The notes: generated by a model not told the origin, from the sequence alone. DNA of 64,000 bases from an uncultured archaeon (GCA_964354805.1 CAYHBD010000042.1:26455-90454); one strand, 5' to 3'. Positions 19,501 through 29,696 are shown, counted from the first letter of the stretch. Translations and numbers: made by a program.

Positions 19501-20817
19501 ATGCCTGCTGCAATTGCAAAAAAGAAAAAAGGGAAAACAAAAAGCCCTGCTGTAAAAGAAAAGCCGATGAAGGAACAAAGGCTTGGCGAAGAGAAAACAG
19601 GGGAAAGGCAGGCTGCCCTAAAAGAAGCAATGGGAAGGGAAGAAAACGCTTTTGAACAAAAAGAAGCAATGAAAAAAGAAGAAAAGGCAGGGAAACAAGC
19701 AGGAAAAAAGAAAGCTGCAAAAAAACCAGTTGATGTCAAATTGGCTGCAGCTATTGCAATAATTGCGGTAATTTCAATTGCAGGCTTTTTTTTGAGCCAG
19801 CCCAGGCAAGCAGATGTGAACGATTTCTGGGAGTGGAATCAGCCAGCTGATGAAAAATTGAAGATGATAATCGTTTACAGCGATAAATGCCCAGAATGCG
19901 AGGTAAATAATTCACTTCAAATCATGTTCTCAGAAAACGGCATCCCTTATTCCGTAAACAAATTCGAGCAGAACAGCGCTGAAGGGCAGAAAATTATAAA
20001 CGAATTAGGCCTGATAAAGCTGCCTGCTTTTTTGATTGACGGCAGAACAATCAAAGACAGCTGGCAGGTGAAAACAAAAAGCGGCTCAGCGCCATTGAGG
20101 GACACGCTGCGTTTCTATGTAAGCAAAGGGCAGGCGAAATTTGAAAACGATGTCTTCATTTTCTATGAATTAAGTTTGGATAACAGGCCGCATGTGAACA
20201 TGCTGTTGACAGAGCCATGCGGCGGTGCTGGCAATGTTTTAGTGCAGTATTTCGCTGATCCATACGATCCGGCGACAATTGCAACAAGCGCTGATATGGA
20301 AACCTTGCGGGAAATGTTTAGTGACTACAATGTTGAATTCGTGTACGGCTATCTGCCGACAACAGCTTCGGTAAGCATGCAGCAGATGTTCACCCAGGAC
20401 ACGATTGAAACAGCGGCAAAGCATTTAACTTGCGCAAGCAATTTTGGGGCTGAGAAATTCAATGCACTGCAGCAATCCTTTTACAGCAAATACTGTGACG
20501 TAAATGCTGCAACTTACCGGGACAAACTATATAATTGCGCTGACGGCAACCGCTTTGGCGCGCCAATAAATGGTGATGAAGCAATGGAAGGCATTGAACA
20601 GGTTGGATTGAAAAGCGACCTGCAATACAATTTATGCCTCTACAACTACAAAAACAGGTTTGATGCATCAAAGGCCCTGGCGGAAAAATGGCAGATTGAC
20701 AAAAGCCCAACAATAGTTGTTAACTGCACTTTTGAAACACCAGTATCAATGGCCCACACAGTGATCTGTTCTTATATGCCGGATGTTTTGGTCTGCAGAA
20801 ATCCGAGAACCAGTTAA
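19501..20817 (+). CDS. Membrane-anchored thioredoxin/DsbA-like protein
   Basis: Lys-rich N-terminus, TM segment, CPEC, second DsbA-like domain (SPTIVVNC). Confidence 0.65.
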   Translation: MPAAIAKKKKGKTKSPAVKEKPMKEQRLGEEKTGERQAALKEAMGREENAFEQKEAMKKEEKAGKQAGKKKAAKKPVDVKLAAAIAIIAVISIAGFFLSQPRQADVNDFWEWNQPADEKLKMIIVYSDKCPECEVNNSLQIMFSENGIPYSVNKFEQNSAEGQKIINELGLIKLPAFLIDGRTIKDSWQVKTKSGSAPLRDTLRFYVSKGQAKFENDVFIFYELSLDNRPHVNMLLTEPCGGAGNVLVQYFADPYDPATIATSADMETLREMFSDYNVEFVYGYLPTTASVSMQQMFTQDTIETAAKHLTCASNFGAEKFNALQQSFYSKYCDVNAATYRDKLYNCADGNRFGAPINGDEAMEGIEQVGLKSDLQYNLCLYNYKNRFDASKALAEKWQIDKSPTIVVNCTFETPVSMAHTVICSYMPDVLVCRNPRTS

Positions 20818-20924
20818 GCATCCTGGGCAATTTGCGAATTAATTCAATCGTTAATGATTTGCAGGTCAAGCAAAAATTTTGCTCCAGTTTCTCGGCTGCC
20901 TTCGCTGCCAAATGCCAACGCCAT

Positions 20925-21959
20925 TCAGCAAAAAATTTTGCTCCAGTTTCTCGGCTGCCTTTTTCTCCAATCGCCTTTGTGGAAAACATAGCTTGCTATC
21001 AGCGGCAGAACGCTGGTTGCTTCAGCGTAAACCATTTGCTCCTGCTTTGCTTCAACCTTGCCCCAGCTGCTTGCCTCCTTGAAGGTTGAGCTGCTGCATC
21101 CGCCGTCCCTTACGTCTGCAACGGTTATCTGCACGCTGTATTTGTGCATTGGGACATTTTTTCCAAGGACCTCGGCGCAGATGACAGTGTCCTGCGCAAA
21201 GTTTTTTGGAACTCCGCCCCCTACAATGAACAAGCCTGAAACAGGGGCCTGCATTTTTATTTTGGTCAATTCCATGAAATCCTTGACTGAATCAATTGCT
21301 ATGTGCGCTTCTTTCCTTTGCCACTGGTGTGCAACCAATCCAAGGCCTGCGCTGCTGTCGCTAAAAGCAGGGCAGAATATCGGCACATTGTGCTTATATG
21401 CTGTCTGAATCAGCGAGCCTTTTTTCTTTGCATGTTTTTGGAGATATTTGCCCATTTCTGCAATGAATTCTCTTGAACTGTAAGGTATTGGCTCAAGTGC
21501 ATCAGCAATCTTTTTAATTGCCATGTCACAGTGCTGCAATTGCTGTTCATCAATGTAAGTGTCATATATTCTGTCAATGTAAAGCCGCCTGAGCTTTCTG
21601 TCGTCAACGTGTGGGCTGCCTTTATAATGCCTGAAGCCGAGTGCTTCAAAGAAATCCATGTCAACGATTGTTGCGCCTGTTGCAACAATTGCGTCAACCA
21701 TATTATACTTTACCAAGTCAGGGTAAATCTGCATGCATCCTGCAGCTGAGGTGCTGCCTGCAATGCAAAGGATTATGGTGCAGCCTTTGTCGGCAATCAT
21801 TCTGTTGAAAATGTCTGCTGCATTCGCCACTTCCCTCGATGTGAAGGACATGTTTCGCATTGCGTTGATTATTGGCGTTGAATCAAATTTGGTTATGTCA
21901 ATGTGCTGGACAGGCTCACGCAGAAACTGCTTTTTCTCAGCCGCGTTTATTTTAGACAT
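20925..21959 (-). CDS. Deoxyhypusine synthase-like protein (bacterial/SpeY homospermidine synthase-like clade)
   Basis: AGSTSAAGC, DRIYDTYIDE, GGGVPKNFAQD, DGGCSSSTFKEASSWGK. Confidence 0.85.
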   Translation of the reverse strand: MSKINAAEKKQFLREPVQHIDITKFDSTPIINAMRNMSFTSREVANAADIFNRMIADKGCTIILCIAGSTSAAGCMQIYPDLVKYNMVDAIVATGATIVDMDFFEALGFRHYKGSPHVDDRKLRRLYIDRIYDTYIDEQQLQHCDMAIKKIADALEPIPYSSREFIAEMGKYLQKHAKKKGSLIQTAYKHNVPIFCPAFSDSSAGLGLVAHQWQRKEAHIAIDSVKDFMELTKIKMQAPVSGLFIVGGGVPKNFAQDTVICAEVLGKNVPMHKYSVQITVADVRDGGCSSSTFKEASSWGKVEAKQEQMVYAEATSVLPLIASYVFHKGDWRKRQPRNWSKIFC

Positions 21960-22082
21960 TTTTATCCCTAAAACCATAAGTGCAAATAGCATAAATAAGT
22001 TTTGTTGGGGGAATTGCACTGATTGGGAATTCAAAAAAACCAAAAATTCTTTTTTTAACCCTTTTCAACAACTATTTCCGTT

Positions 22083-23150
22083 ATGCCTGCGAATGTCACT
22101 ATTGAATTCGAGAAAGCAAGGCTGAGCTATCAGGCTGCCACTTCCCCAGAAGCAAAACTTGAGGCCCTGCTTGCAATGCAGAGCGGTGCGCCAGCGCACA
22201 AGGGCGGCGAGAACCTGAGGAGGGACATCAGCAAAAAAATTTCTTTGCTGCGAAAAGAGATTGAGAAAAAAAAGAAGCAGGAAAAGAAGAAGGGCAGCGC
22301 TCCGAGCATTGCCGTGAAAAAAGAGGGCATTGGGCAGATTGTTCTGGTTGGCTTGCCGAATAGCGGCAAAAGCTGGCTGCTGAACAAGCTGACCGGCGTT
22401 GATGTTGAGATTGCGCCATATCCTTTTACCACAAAAAAGCCTGTTGTAGGCATGATGGATTTTCAAGGTTCAAAGGTGCAGCTGGTTGAAGTTCCTGCAT
22501 TGGTCAAGGGAAGCAGCAAGGGCAAGGCAAACGGCTTGCGGCTGCTTTCAATTGTGAGGAATGCAGACGCTGTTGTATTGCTCGCGAGAAGCAGGAGGGA
22601 AGAGCAAGTGCTCTTGCATGAGCTTGGCAATGTGAAGATTTTTTTGAACGAGAAAAAGCCGGCTATTGAAGTGCAGCTGTCGAAATTCAAGGGCATTGCA
22701 GTAGTGCACAAGCAAAACCTGAAAATAAAAGAGGTAGTGCTGCATGATTTTTTGCACGCAAGGGGAATGTTCAATGTGAGTGTTGTTTTGAACCAGCCTT
22801 TGCGCGATTTGCTGACTGTTGAAAGAGTGCTCGATGAAACAATCTCCTACAAGCCGAGCATTACCGTGGATGCTTTCGGTGAAATAAATTTTGAAGAGCT
22901 GCACCAAAATATTTTCGGTCTGTTAAAAAAAATTTTGGTTTTCACGAAAAAGGCCGGGCAGCCGCCTGACATGAATGCGCCTCTTGCGCTGCATGCCGGC
23001 GCAACCGTTGCAGATGCTGCAAAAATGCTGCACAAGGACTTCGCTAATTTCAAGTTTGTCAGGGTCTGGGGCAGCAGCAAATTCCCAGGGCAAAGGGTCG
23101 AGCACAACTTTGAACTGCGCAACGGGGACATTATTGAAATTTGCGTTTGA
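22083..23150 (+). CDS. DRG/Obg-family GTPase with TGS domain
   Basis: GLPNSGKS, YPFTT, RVWGSSKFPGQRV. Confidence 0.9.
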   Translation: MPANVTIEFEKARLSYQAATSPEAKLEALLAMQSGAPAHKGGENLRRDISKKISLLRKEIEKKKKQEKKKGSAPSIAVKKEGIGQIVLVGLPNSGKSWLLNKLTGVDVEIAPYPFTTKKPVVGMMDFQGSKVQLVEVPALVKGSSKGKANGLRLLSIVRNADAVVLLARSRREEQVLLHELGNVKIFLNEKKPAIEVQLSKFKGIAVVHKQNLKIKEVVLHDFLHARGMFNVSVVLNQPLRDLLTVERVLDETISYKPSITVDAFGEINFEELHQNIFGLLKKILVFTKKAGQPPDMNAPLALHAGATVADAAKMLHKDFANFKFVRVWGSSKFPGQRVEHNFELRNGDIIEICV

Positions 23151-23289
23151 ACAAGGCTGGCAGTAATGAGTTCCTGTTTGAAAAAAAGTGCTTTCTAAGG
23201 CTACGGCAGTGCAATTTAATGCCCCAAAGCCATAAAGAAACTAATATATACCCCATCGGATTTAATAGTTTCAAAAAAATGGGTTTGAA

Positions 23290-23751
23290 ATGAGTAGGTT
23301 AATTGTAGGCGTTACGTGTTTCATTGCTTTGGCTGTTTTTCTTAGCGGCTGCATTGACGGCAAGCAGATTCTATTCAAGGAAATTCCGGGCGCCATTGTT
23401 CCATCACCTTGCGAGTCATTCGCCAGAGAGCATATATGTGCCTTGTTCAAGTGCATGGTTGACAGCTGCTGGTGCGATGAAGGCAGCATTCCAAGCCCGA
23501 TTTTGGAGGAGCCCAGTGCTGTTGGCAGTTTTATTGGGGCAGGCACAGCCGCCATTAAAAGCGATCAGGACGCGATAGCAGCCGTCCAGCGGTATGTGCA
23601 AAGAACTGGTTCAGAGTACAGTGATGTCAGGAGGGCAGTGAAGCTGAATAATGTTTTCTGGAACGTGTTTGCATTCAATTCGGAAAACGATGAAACGGTT
23701 TTCACTGTTGCGGCAGACGGCACAATTCTGAAAACTGTTTGCGGTGTCTGA
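23290..23751 (+). CDS. Secreted Cys-rich lipoprotein-like protein
   Basis: Signal peptide ending LSGC; clustered cysteines. Confidence 0.7.
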   Translation: MSRLIVGVTCFIALAVFLSGCIDGKQILFKEIPGAIVPSPCESFAREHICALFKCMVDSCWCDEGSIPSPILEEPSAVGSFIGAGTAAIKSDQDAIAAVQRYVQRTGSEYSDVRRAVKLNNVFWNVFAFNSENDETVFTVAADGTILKTVCGV

Positions 23752-23832
23752 ATCCAACCAGCATAAAAAACCCGGCGCAGTTCTGCAAACCAAATAGAAT
23801 AATTTAAATATTACAACGCGGTTGTAATTATT

Positions 23833-24507
23833 ATGAAATTGAAGATTTTGATTGCTCTTCTTGTTTTATGCACGCTGGTTCTCGGCGGCTGCCTGCAAAG
23901 CGAACAGGCAGGCGGTACAGGCGAGCCTGCTGGTGCTGCTGGTGAAGAGGCAAATGGCGCAAACGAGCCGGCTGGCGGTGCAGGCGAACAAACAGATGGC
24001 ACTGCCGAAACACTTGGCGTTGGCGAGTGGGCTGTGGAAATAAAAAGCGCAATAACTTTGACACCTGAACACAAAATAACAGAAACGGTATACGAGGACC
24101 TTAAGTCCGTTGATGATGTCAGGTTTGAAATTACCAGTAATTGCGGGAAAACATCAGACAAGCTTTTCAAGTTCGAGCCTGAACACAAAATAGTCATGAA
24201 AGTAGTGGATGCACAGGGGGAAAAGACAAAGTTTTATACTCATGCGTATAAGGAGGCTTCCAACAGGGAATTCGTTGACGAAATGGAAGTAAAGATAAGG
24301 CTGTATCACCAAGACGTGCCAAGCTTTGCCTGGATGGATATCGGAGAGGACGGCTTCATAAGGGAGTCATACGAAGCTTACCCTTCAACTAACTCTTTTT
24401 ACAATCCTGCAATAGCAGCAAATGCATCAGGCCTAAAGCTGAGGCTGGAAATTGTTGATACTGAAACAGGCCAGACACTCGCCTTCGGCGAGTACACTTT
24501 GGCATAG
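23833..24507 (+). CDS. Lipoprotein-like secreted protein
   Basis: LGGC signal; Gly/Glu-rich repeated linker. Confidence 0.7.
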   Translation: MKLKILIALLVLCTLVLGGCLQSEQAGGTGEPAGAAGEEANGANEPAGGAGEQTDGTAETLGVGEWAVEIKSAITLTPEHKITETVYEDLKSVDDVRFEITSNCGKTSDKLFKFEPEHKIVMKVVDAQGEKTKFYTHAYKEASNREFVDEMEVKIRLYHQDVPSFAWMDIGEDGFIRESYEAYPSTNSFYNPAIAANASGLKLRLEIVDTETGQTLAFGEYTLA

Positions 24508-24573
24508 GGCAATCCCGAGAATTGAAGCCCGCCAGCCAAAAGCATTAAGCAATAATCTCTATACATTACAGTA

Positions 24574-24590
24574 GGCGATGATGAGGTTAA
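24574..24590 (+). repeat. 5' fragment of the box C/D sRNA at 26078
   Basis: GGCGATGATGAGGTTAA identical to 26079-26095. Confidence 0.75.
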
Positions 24591-24639
24591 TCTCTTACTG
24601 GAGCAAGGCTTTAATATATGTGCAATTAATTGTTTTATT

Positions 24640-25938
24640 ATGAAAAGTGAAAAACTTATCTTATTTTCAGTTTGTATTGCAGTCTTTCTTATTTGTGGGT
24701 GCGTGAACCCGCCAAACAATGAGGTTTTGACTCCACCAGGCAAGGCCGTTTCTGTTTCTGATTTTGCAAAATGCCTTACTGAAAAAGGCGTGACGGTTTA
24801 TGGTTTCGGCACTAGCTGGTGCACGTTTTGCACTGAACAGGAAAAAATGTTTGGCAATGCATGGAAAGACCTGAATTATATTGAGTGTTCAATATCCGAA
24901 AACTTTAATGAACAGAGCGAATTGTGCAACAAAGCGGGAATAAGGGGTTATCCTACTTGGGTGTTAAAGGGCGGCGAAAAAATCGAAGGAACGTTTTCTT
25001 TTGACGTATTAAGCCAGCGAACCGGCTGCCCAGCGCCCACAATACCAAGTCAGCCTAACACAACAGACTTGAATAACGAAGTTCCTGTCGTAAATAACCA
25101 GCAATTAAAATTTGACGTAGTACAACCATTACCAGCGGGAACAGTAGGCGAGCAATACAATTATTCATTCTGCAAGCCAGACTTGACTTCAGCAAGCGAC
25201 CTTTGCGCAGGAAGCGAAATAACAAATCCTTCGGGAGGAAACCCGCCATATCATTTTGTTCTGGATTCTGGAGCGTTTGCCCCAATGGGCCTTTCTTTAA
25301 ACTTGAACGGGCTTTTGAGTGGAAAGCCCACAACCGAGGGAGAAAGCACTTTTAGTGTCTGTGCTGTTGACCAATCAGGCACGCAAACATGCAAGCAAGT
25401 CACATTAGGCATTAGTCAAGCTGTTGCAAAACCAGAAACTTGGACAGGCAAAATGACAGGCACTTATACAAGAGAATCTCTGCTTGGCGGCGGCGAGTAC
25501 GGTTATGATTTTAGCGTGAGTTTTACTGTCCCAAAAAGCATAATTGCTAACTTCAAGGACCCGGCGAATACTGACGACTGGATTGATATTAAAAAAACAA
25601 GCGGAACTATTGCTGAGACGACTACTGTCTTACAGCAGTTGGATACAACAAATAATCCCGGTGACTTAATGGTTGGAGGTTCACTTAACGAACCAATTCA
25701 AGTAGGAGTTGCAGGAAGCGTTTACCAGGCAAACGGAATATTTTTTGTTTCACCGACTGGCAAAGAGCTTATTGCGGGTTATTTGCAAAGAGATGGCGCA
25801 CCGTTTTCCGATAGTCGCTGGAGCGATATAAAGCTAACTGTTACTAATTACACTGACACAACCATTACAGGCACGTGGGGCACAGGTTTGTTTGGGGAAC
25901 TGGTAGCACACGGAACCTTCACTCTCAACAAGCAATAA
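24640..25938 (+). CDS. Secreted thioredoxin-like plus Ig-like (He_PIG) domain protein
   Basis: ICGC signal; WCTFC..GYPTW; LPAGTVGEQY..GLLSGKPT. Confidence 0.75.
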   Translation: MKSEKLILFSVCIAVFLICGCVNPPNNEVLTPPGKAVSVSDFAKCLTEKGVTVYGFGTSWCTFCTEQEKMFGNAWKDLNYIECSISENFNEQSELCNKAGIRGYPTWVLKGGEKIEGTFSFDVLSQRTGCPAPTIPSQPNTTDLNNEVPVVNNQQLKFDVVQPLPAGTVGEQYNYSFCKPDLTSASDLCAGSEITNPSGGNPPYHFVLDSGAFAPMGLSLNLNGLLSGKPTTEGESTFSVCAVDQSGTQTCKQVTLGISQAVAKPETWTGKMTGTYTRESLLGGGEYGYDFSVSFTVPKSIIANFKDPANTDDWIDIKKTSGTIAETTTVLQQLDTTNNPGDLMVGGSLNEPIQVGVAGSVYQANGIFFVSPTGKELIAGYLQRDGAPFSDSRWSDIKLTVTNYTDTTITGTWGTGLFGELVAHGTFTLNKQ

Positions 25939-26077
25939 TAGGAAAATGCAAAAACTTCCAATACAAATGATGGTTAATAAAAGGATAAAAAGCGCCAATT
26001 GAAATCATCCTCAGACTCATCAAAAGCCAGAAAAAGTAAGGCATAAGAAAATAAATTGTAACACCTATAAGCTAAAT

Positions 26078-26141
26078 TGGCGATGATGAGGTTAACACCA
26101 TCCGAGCGCAAGCTGTGAGGAGACAACTCAACACTGAGCCA
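26078..26141 (+). ncRNA. Box C/D sRNA, full copy
   Basis: TGGC/GCCA stem; C ATGATGA; 12-nt guide GGTTAACACCAT; D' CCGA; GC-GCAA-GC; C' GTGAGGA; 12-nt guide GACAACTCAACA; D CTGA. Confidence 0.8.
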
Positions 26142-26187
26142 CATTCGATTTCATTCCAAGATTTTTAGGCAGCCGTCTTTTAATCGG

Positions 26188-26811
26188 TTATTCGATTATA
26201 ATCACTTCACCGTCTCTCAGAGTTTTAAACGGAATCTTATTTTTATTGCAATATTCAACTTCTTTGTCAATGTCTGCGGACTCAGGATGGTTAGATTTAT
26301 AGTGCGGGAGAATAATGTAATCAAGGACTCCAAGGCCTTCCCAAATTGTTTTCTGAAGCTCTTGGTAAGGCCTGTCATTGGGGTCGTCAACAATTTGCAG
26401 TGCCTTGAAATCAGGAGCCAACACGCATATGCCGGCACTATATCCTGCATACACAAAATCGTTTCTTTTAAGAAGCTCTTTAAAAATTACGTCAAAACCA
26501 CTCAATTTCATTGCCTGTCGCAGAATAAATGTATTTCCTCCTCGGACGAATATGCCTCCAAATTCATTCAATTTTTTCCGCAATTCATCAGTCTTTCCAA
26601 AAAAATTCTTTAAATCAAGGTATTCTACGGTTAAGCCCAACCCTTCCAAACTTTCAATATCCAGTTTTTCCCACCTGTTTTTCTTGACCCAATCAACATT
26701 AGAATAATCACAGGCGTTTGGAATGTAAGCAATTTTTTTGTTGTTGGGCATTAGCCCGGCTAACTCGCCAGCCTTATTCCCCAGCCTAAAAGAGGACAAA
26801 TAAAACTTCAT
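26188..26811 (-). CDS. Peptidase E / S51 family (class I GATase-like)
   Basis: GGNTF, GYSAG nucleophile, ILPHY. Confidence 0.9.
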   Translation of the reverse strand: MKFYLSSFRLGNKAGELAGLMPNNKKIAYIPNACDYSNVDWVKKNRWEKLDIESLEGLGLTVEYLDLKNFFGKTDELRKKLNEFGGIFVRGGNTFILRQAMKLSGFDVIFKELLKRNDFVYAGYSAGICVLAPDFKALQIVDDPNDRPYQELQKTIWEGLGVLDYIILPHYKSNHPESADIDKEVEYCNKNKIPFKTLRDGEVIIIE

Positions 26812-26867
26812 ATAAAAACCAGTTCATCGAGGTTATTAAAACCTATAAGTATTCTTAGTTTTAATAG

Positions 26868-26918
26868 GGTTAACACCGTCTGACCGAAAGGTGTGAAGAT
26901 TTAACTCAACACTGAGCC
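26868..26918 (+). ncRNA. Box C/D sRNA paralog lacking its C box (3' fragment)
   Basis: GGTTAACACCGT-CTGA-CC GAAA GG-TGTGAAGA-TTTAACTCAACA-CTGA-GCC. Confidence 0.7.
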
Positions 26919-26954
26919 GCTTTTAAGTTAGAACTATATGTGAGTGCAATAATA

Positions 26955-27437
26955 TCAGCGATTGCCACCCAAATCAAGCAGGCGCTGCAATTGCCAATTG
27001 CGTTCCCTGGTTACTTTGGCTGCAGCATCAGAGGGGCTGGCGGCTCTATAAATAGCTTGCAAGGCATAATTTGCAGCACCGATAGAATGAGCGGGAACAT
27101 GCGCAGTTGCCGCCGCTTGGCCTGCGGCCCTGGCAGCAGAGCAAGCGGCATTATCTTCCCCTACTTCACGAGCGGCAGCATGAGCATCAAGTGAAGTTTT
27201 GCGCACGTCCGGCATCTTGAATATTCCGGTGCGCATCCATTTTCGGAGGGCTTCAATGGCTTTTCTGGGCCTGTGGTCTTCCGGGTATTTTTCCTCAAAA
27301 TAGGGAAGAACACGCTCGACACAATCAACCGCCCAGCGTGCCAATGTTTTATGGTCGGTTTTTCCCACAAGCGCTGCAATTGCCTCGTCTTTGTGCGTAA
27401 CTGAGAATTTGGATTTTTCCTTCATATTCTCAACCAT
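26955..27437 (-). CDS. Imm-5-like putative immunity protein
   Basis: LARWAVDCVERVL, DHRPRKAIEA, AARAAGQAAATAH, ERNWQ. Confidence 0.8.
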   Translation of the reverse strand: MVENMKEKSKFSVTHKDEAIAALVGKTDHKTLARWAVDCVERVLPYFEEKYPEDHRPRKAIEALRKWMRTGIFKMPDVRKTSLDAHAAAREVGEDNAACSAARAAGQAAATAHVPAHSIGAANYALQAIYRAASPSDAAAKVTRERNWQLQRLLDLGGNR

Positions 27438-27496
27438 TTATAGGCAATTTTTAATGTGTTGTAGTGTTGTTGAGCCAAAAAATAGTTTTGCGCCGG

Positions 27497-28879
27497 CTAC
27501 TTTTCAAAATCGTAAATCTGCACTTCTTGTTCCTGCTCTTGCTTTGCTGCAATTAATTTGAACAACTTTTTCCTGTTCTTTATTATGAATAAAACAATCA
27601 GAACAATAATCAGCAGGATGATTCCGGTGAAAAGCAAATCCGTGTCGAACTGCCCATCTTCTTCCAGGCCTCCTTCGTAAACGCGCAAAGCGTCCTCTTT
27701 TGCAGTACCTGCGTATCGTTCCGCATCGTCAAAGCTGCCGTTGCCGTAGAATGTTTCTGCCTTTGCCCAGTTGCTCTGCATTTCTGTTACGCTGCCCTGC
27801 TTTATCCATTTGAAAACATAGTCATCCTGCAGGATGAAGTCAACCAGATTGCTCAAGGTCTGCTGGCCTGTTTTTTTCATCAATTCATCGCTTTGGCCGT
27901 ACAGCACCTGAAATGCGCTGTTTCTTTTCTCCCTTGTTGTGAGGTCATCAGTTAAGCCCGTTATGAATGAGGGGGAATCAACTTTTGAAAAAATCTGGTT
28001 TATTCTTTCTTTAAGTCTTGTGGAAAGAGACGCTATTGAACTGAAGTTCTGAAAATTTTGTGAAATATTAGCCAAGGTGTTGAGGCTTCGTATGGTTTCT
28101 ATGGAAAGCGTTGTCTCACCAATTCCCTGTCTCAAACAGTCCAAAGAAACAATGTTTGAACATGTATCGGAAGAGCTTTTTTTTTCACCTTCTAAGTAAA
28201 TAGAACGCTTTGAATCAATGGATTCTATTAAATCAAAAACAGTTTGGAATTTCCTTTCAAAATCTTTGAGTTTGTTTGTGTCAGGATTGGCAACAAAATT
28301 TTCTTTAGAATACGTGGCATCAAGAACCGCAGCGCTTATGTCTTCTGCCAAAGGAAACATTTCATCCAGCTGATTTTTTAAGGCATCAGTTTTATTTTGC
28401 AACTCTGGAAAGCCTTCTAGGTTTGATTTGACCGTCACCAAATCAATCCTTTCATTTTTCAAATCTTGTGCCAAGTCAGAAAAATACTTTGCTGTATCCG
28501 CATTGAAAAGCCAATAACTTTTTTGAGTGGAGTCTCCAACGCTTTTTTCCAATTGAAGATAATAGCGCAGGACATAAGCTGTTTTAATCAGCTCCCTTCT
28601 TGCAACAAGAGATTCAGGCAATTGCATTGGCTCTGCATCAGAAACAGGAATAAAGCCAGCAAGGCTGCTATCGGTGCTTAAAACAGTTACAACAAAAAAG
28701 TATTTCCCAGAATTCCTTATTTTCACATCAGGGTAAACTCCGGCTGTTTCGTTTTCAGTCAGAAAGTTGTTCTGCTTGCTGACAAAATCAATTGCCTCCT
28801 GGCTGCTTGCGGCAAAGGCAGCGCCCAAGAGCAATAAGAACACGCCGGCAATGACAGTGAATTCTATATATTTATTCAT
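27497..28879 (-). CDS. Secreted, C-terminally anchored helical protein
   Basis: Signal peptide, coiled-coil body, C-terminal TM segment plus basic residues. Confidence 0.7.
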   Translation of the reverse strand: MNKYIEFTVIAGVFLLLLGAAFAASSQEAIDFVSKQNNFLTENETAGVYPDVKIRNSGKYFFVVTVLSTDSSLAGFIPVSDAEPMQLPESLVARRELIKTAYVLRYYLQLEKSVGDSTQKSYWLFNADTAKYFSDLAQDLKNERIDLVTVKSNLEGFPELQNKTDALKNQLDEMFPLAEDISAAVLDATYSKENFVANPDTNKLKDFERKFQTVFDLIESIDSKRSIYLEGEKKSSSDTCSNIVSLDCLRQGIGETTLSIETIRSLNTLANISQNFQNFSSIASLSTRLKERINQIFSKVDSPSFITGLTDDLTTREKRNSAFQVLYGQSDELMKKTGQQTLSNLVDFILQDDYVFKWIKQGSVTEMQSNWAKAETFYGNGSFDDAERYAGTAKEDALRVYEGGLEEDGQFDTDLLFTGIILLIIVLIVLFIIKNRKKLFKLIAAKQEQEQEVQIYDFEK

Positions 28880-28945
28880 TTATAATATTAAACAGCCAGC
28901 CCATATTAAAAGATTGCGGTGAAAGCATAAAAAGCGGATTTTTTT

Positions 28946-29659
28946 ATGAATGCGAAAATCGTTCTTGTAAGGCCGTCATACGAGGAAAATGTTGGCTACA
29001 TTGCAAGGCTTGCTGCAAACTTTGAGTGCAGGGAAATTGCATTGGTGCAGCCGAAATGCGATTGGAAGACTGGAAAAGCGAAAAGCAGGGCAATGCACGG
29101 CCAGCATTTGCTTTCGAAGGCAAAAAAGTTCAATTCACTGCGCAGGGCTTTAAGCGGGTGCGCTTACAGCATTGCAACAACAGCGATTGCAAGCAGTGGC
29201 GGAAACATTGAAAGAACAGCTGTCAGCGTTCAGCAATTTGCCGAACGGTTCAGCACATGCAAGCGAAAGATTGCGCTTGTTTTTGGCTCGGAGCAAAACG
29301 GATTGTCAAATGCTGAAATAGCCGAGTGCGATTTCGTTGTGAGCATTGAGGCAAGCAAAAAATACAAAACGCTGAACATTGGGCATGCTGCAGCGATTTT
29401 GCTGCACGCGCTTTTTGCGGCAAAGCAGGCTAAGAAGGGAACGCCTTTTCTGGAGGCAAGTAATACCTTAAAAAAGCGGCTGGGCAAAAAATTTCAGCAA
29501 ACGCTCCAATGCCTGCCTGGCATTGAAAACAGGGCTGCTGTTTTCTCTTCATTCAAGGCGCTGGCAGGCAGAAGCCTACTTGCGGAAAAGGAGGCAAGGG
29601 CACTGCTGGCATTTTTAAACGAAGCACAAAAGGGGATTGGCGCGAAACAAAAGAATTAA
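28946..29659 (+). CDS. trmJ: SPOUT tRNA methyltransferase, TrmJ/LasT family
   Basis: IVLVRPSYEENVG, VFGSEQNGLSN, TLNIGHAAA. Confidence 0.85.
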   Translation: MNAKIVLVRPSYEENVGYIARLAANFECREIALVQPKCDWKTGKAKSRAMHGQHLLSKAKKFNSLRRALSGCAYSIATTAIASSGGNIERTAVSVQQFAERFSTCKRKIALVFGSEQNGLSNAEIAECDFVVSIEASKKYKTLNIGHAAAILLHALFAAKQAKKGTPFLEASNTLKKRLGKKFQQTLQCLPGIENRAAVFSSFKALAGRSLLAEKEARALLAFLNEAQKGIGAKQKN

Positions 29660-29696
29660 TAATAACAAAAAGAGAAATTTTGTTGGAGTTGTTTAA

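Noticed and set aside
24574-24600. Fluoride riboswitch (GGCGATG start)
   Set aside because: The downstream pairing sequence is missing, and box C/D architecture explains the motif.
24574-26918. CRISPR array or classical integron attC sites
   Set aside because: There are no regular repeat-spacer units, no cas or intI gene, and no matching RYYYAAC/GTTRRRY pair.
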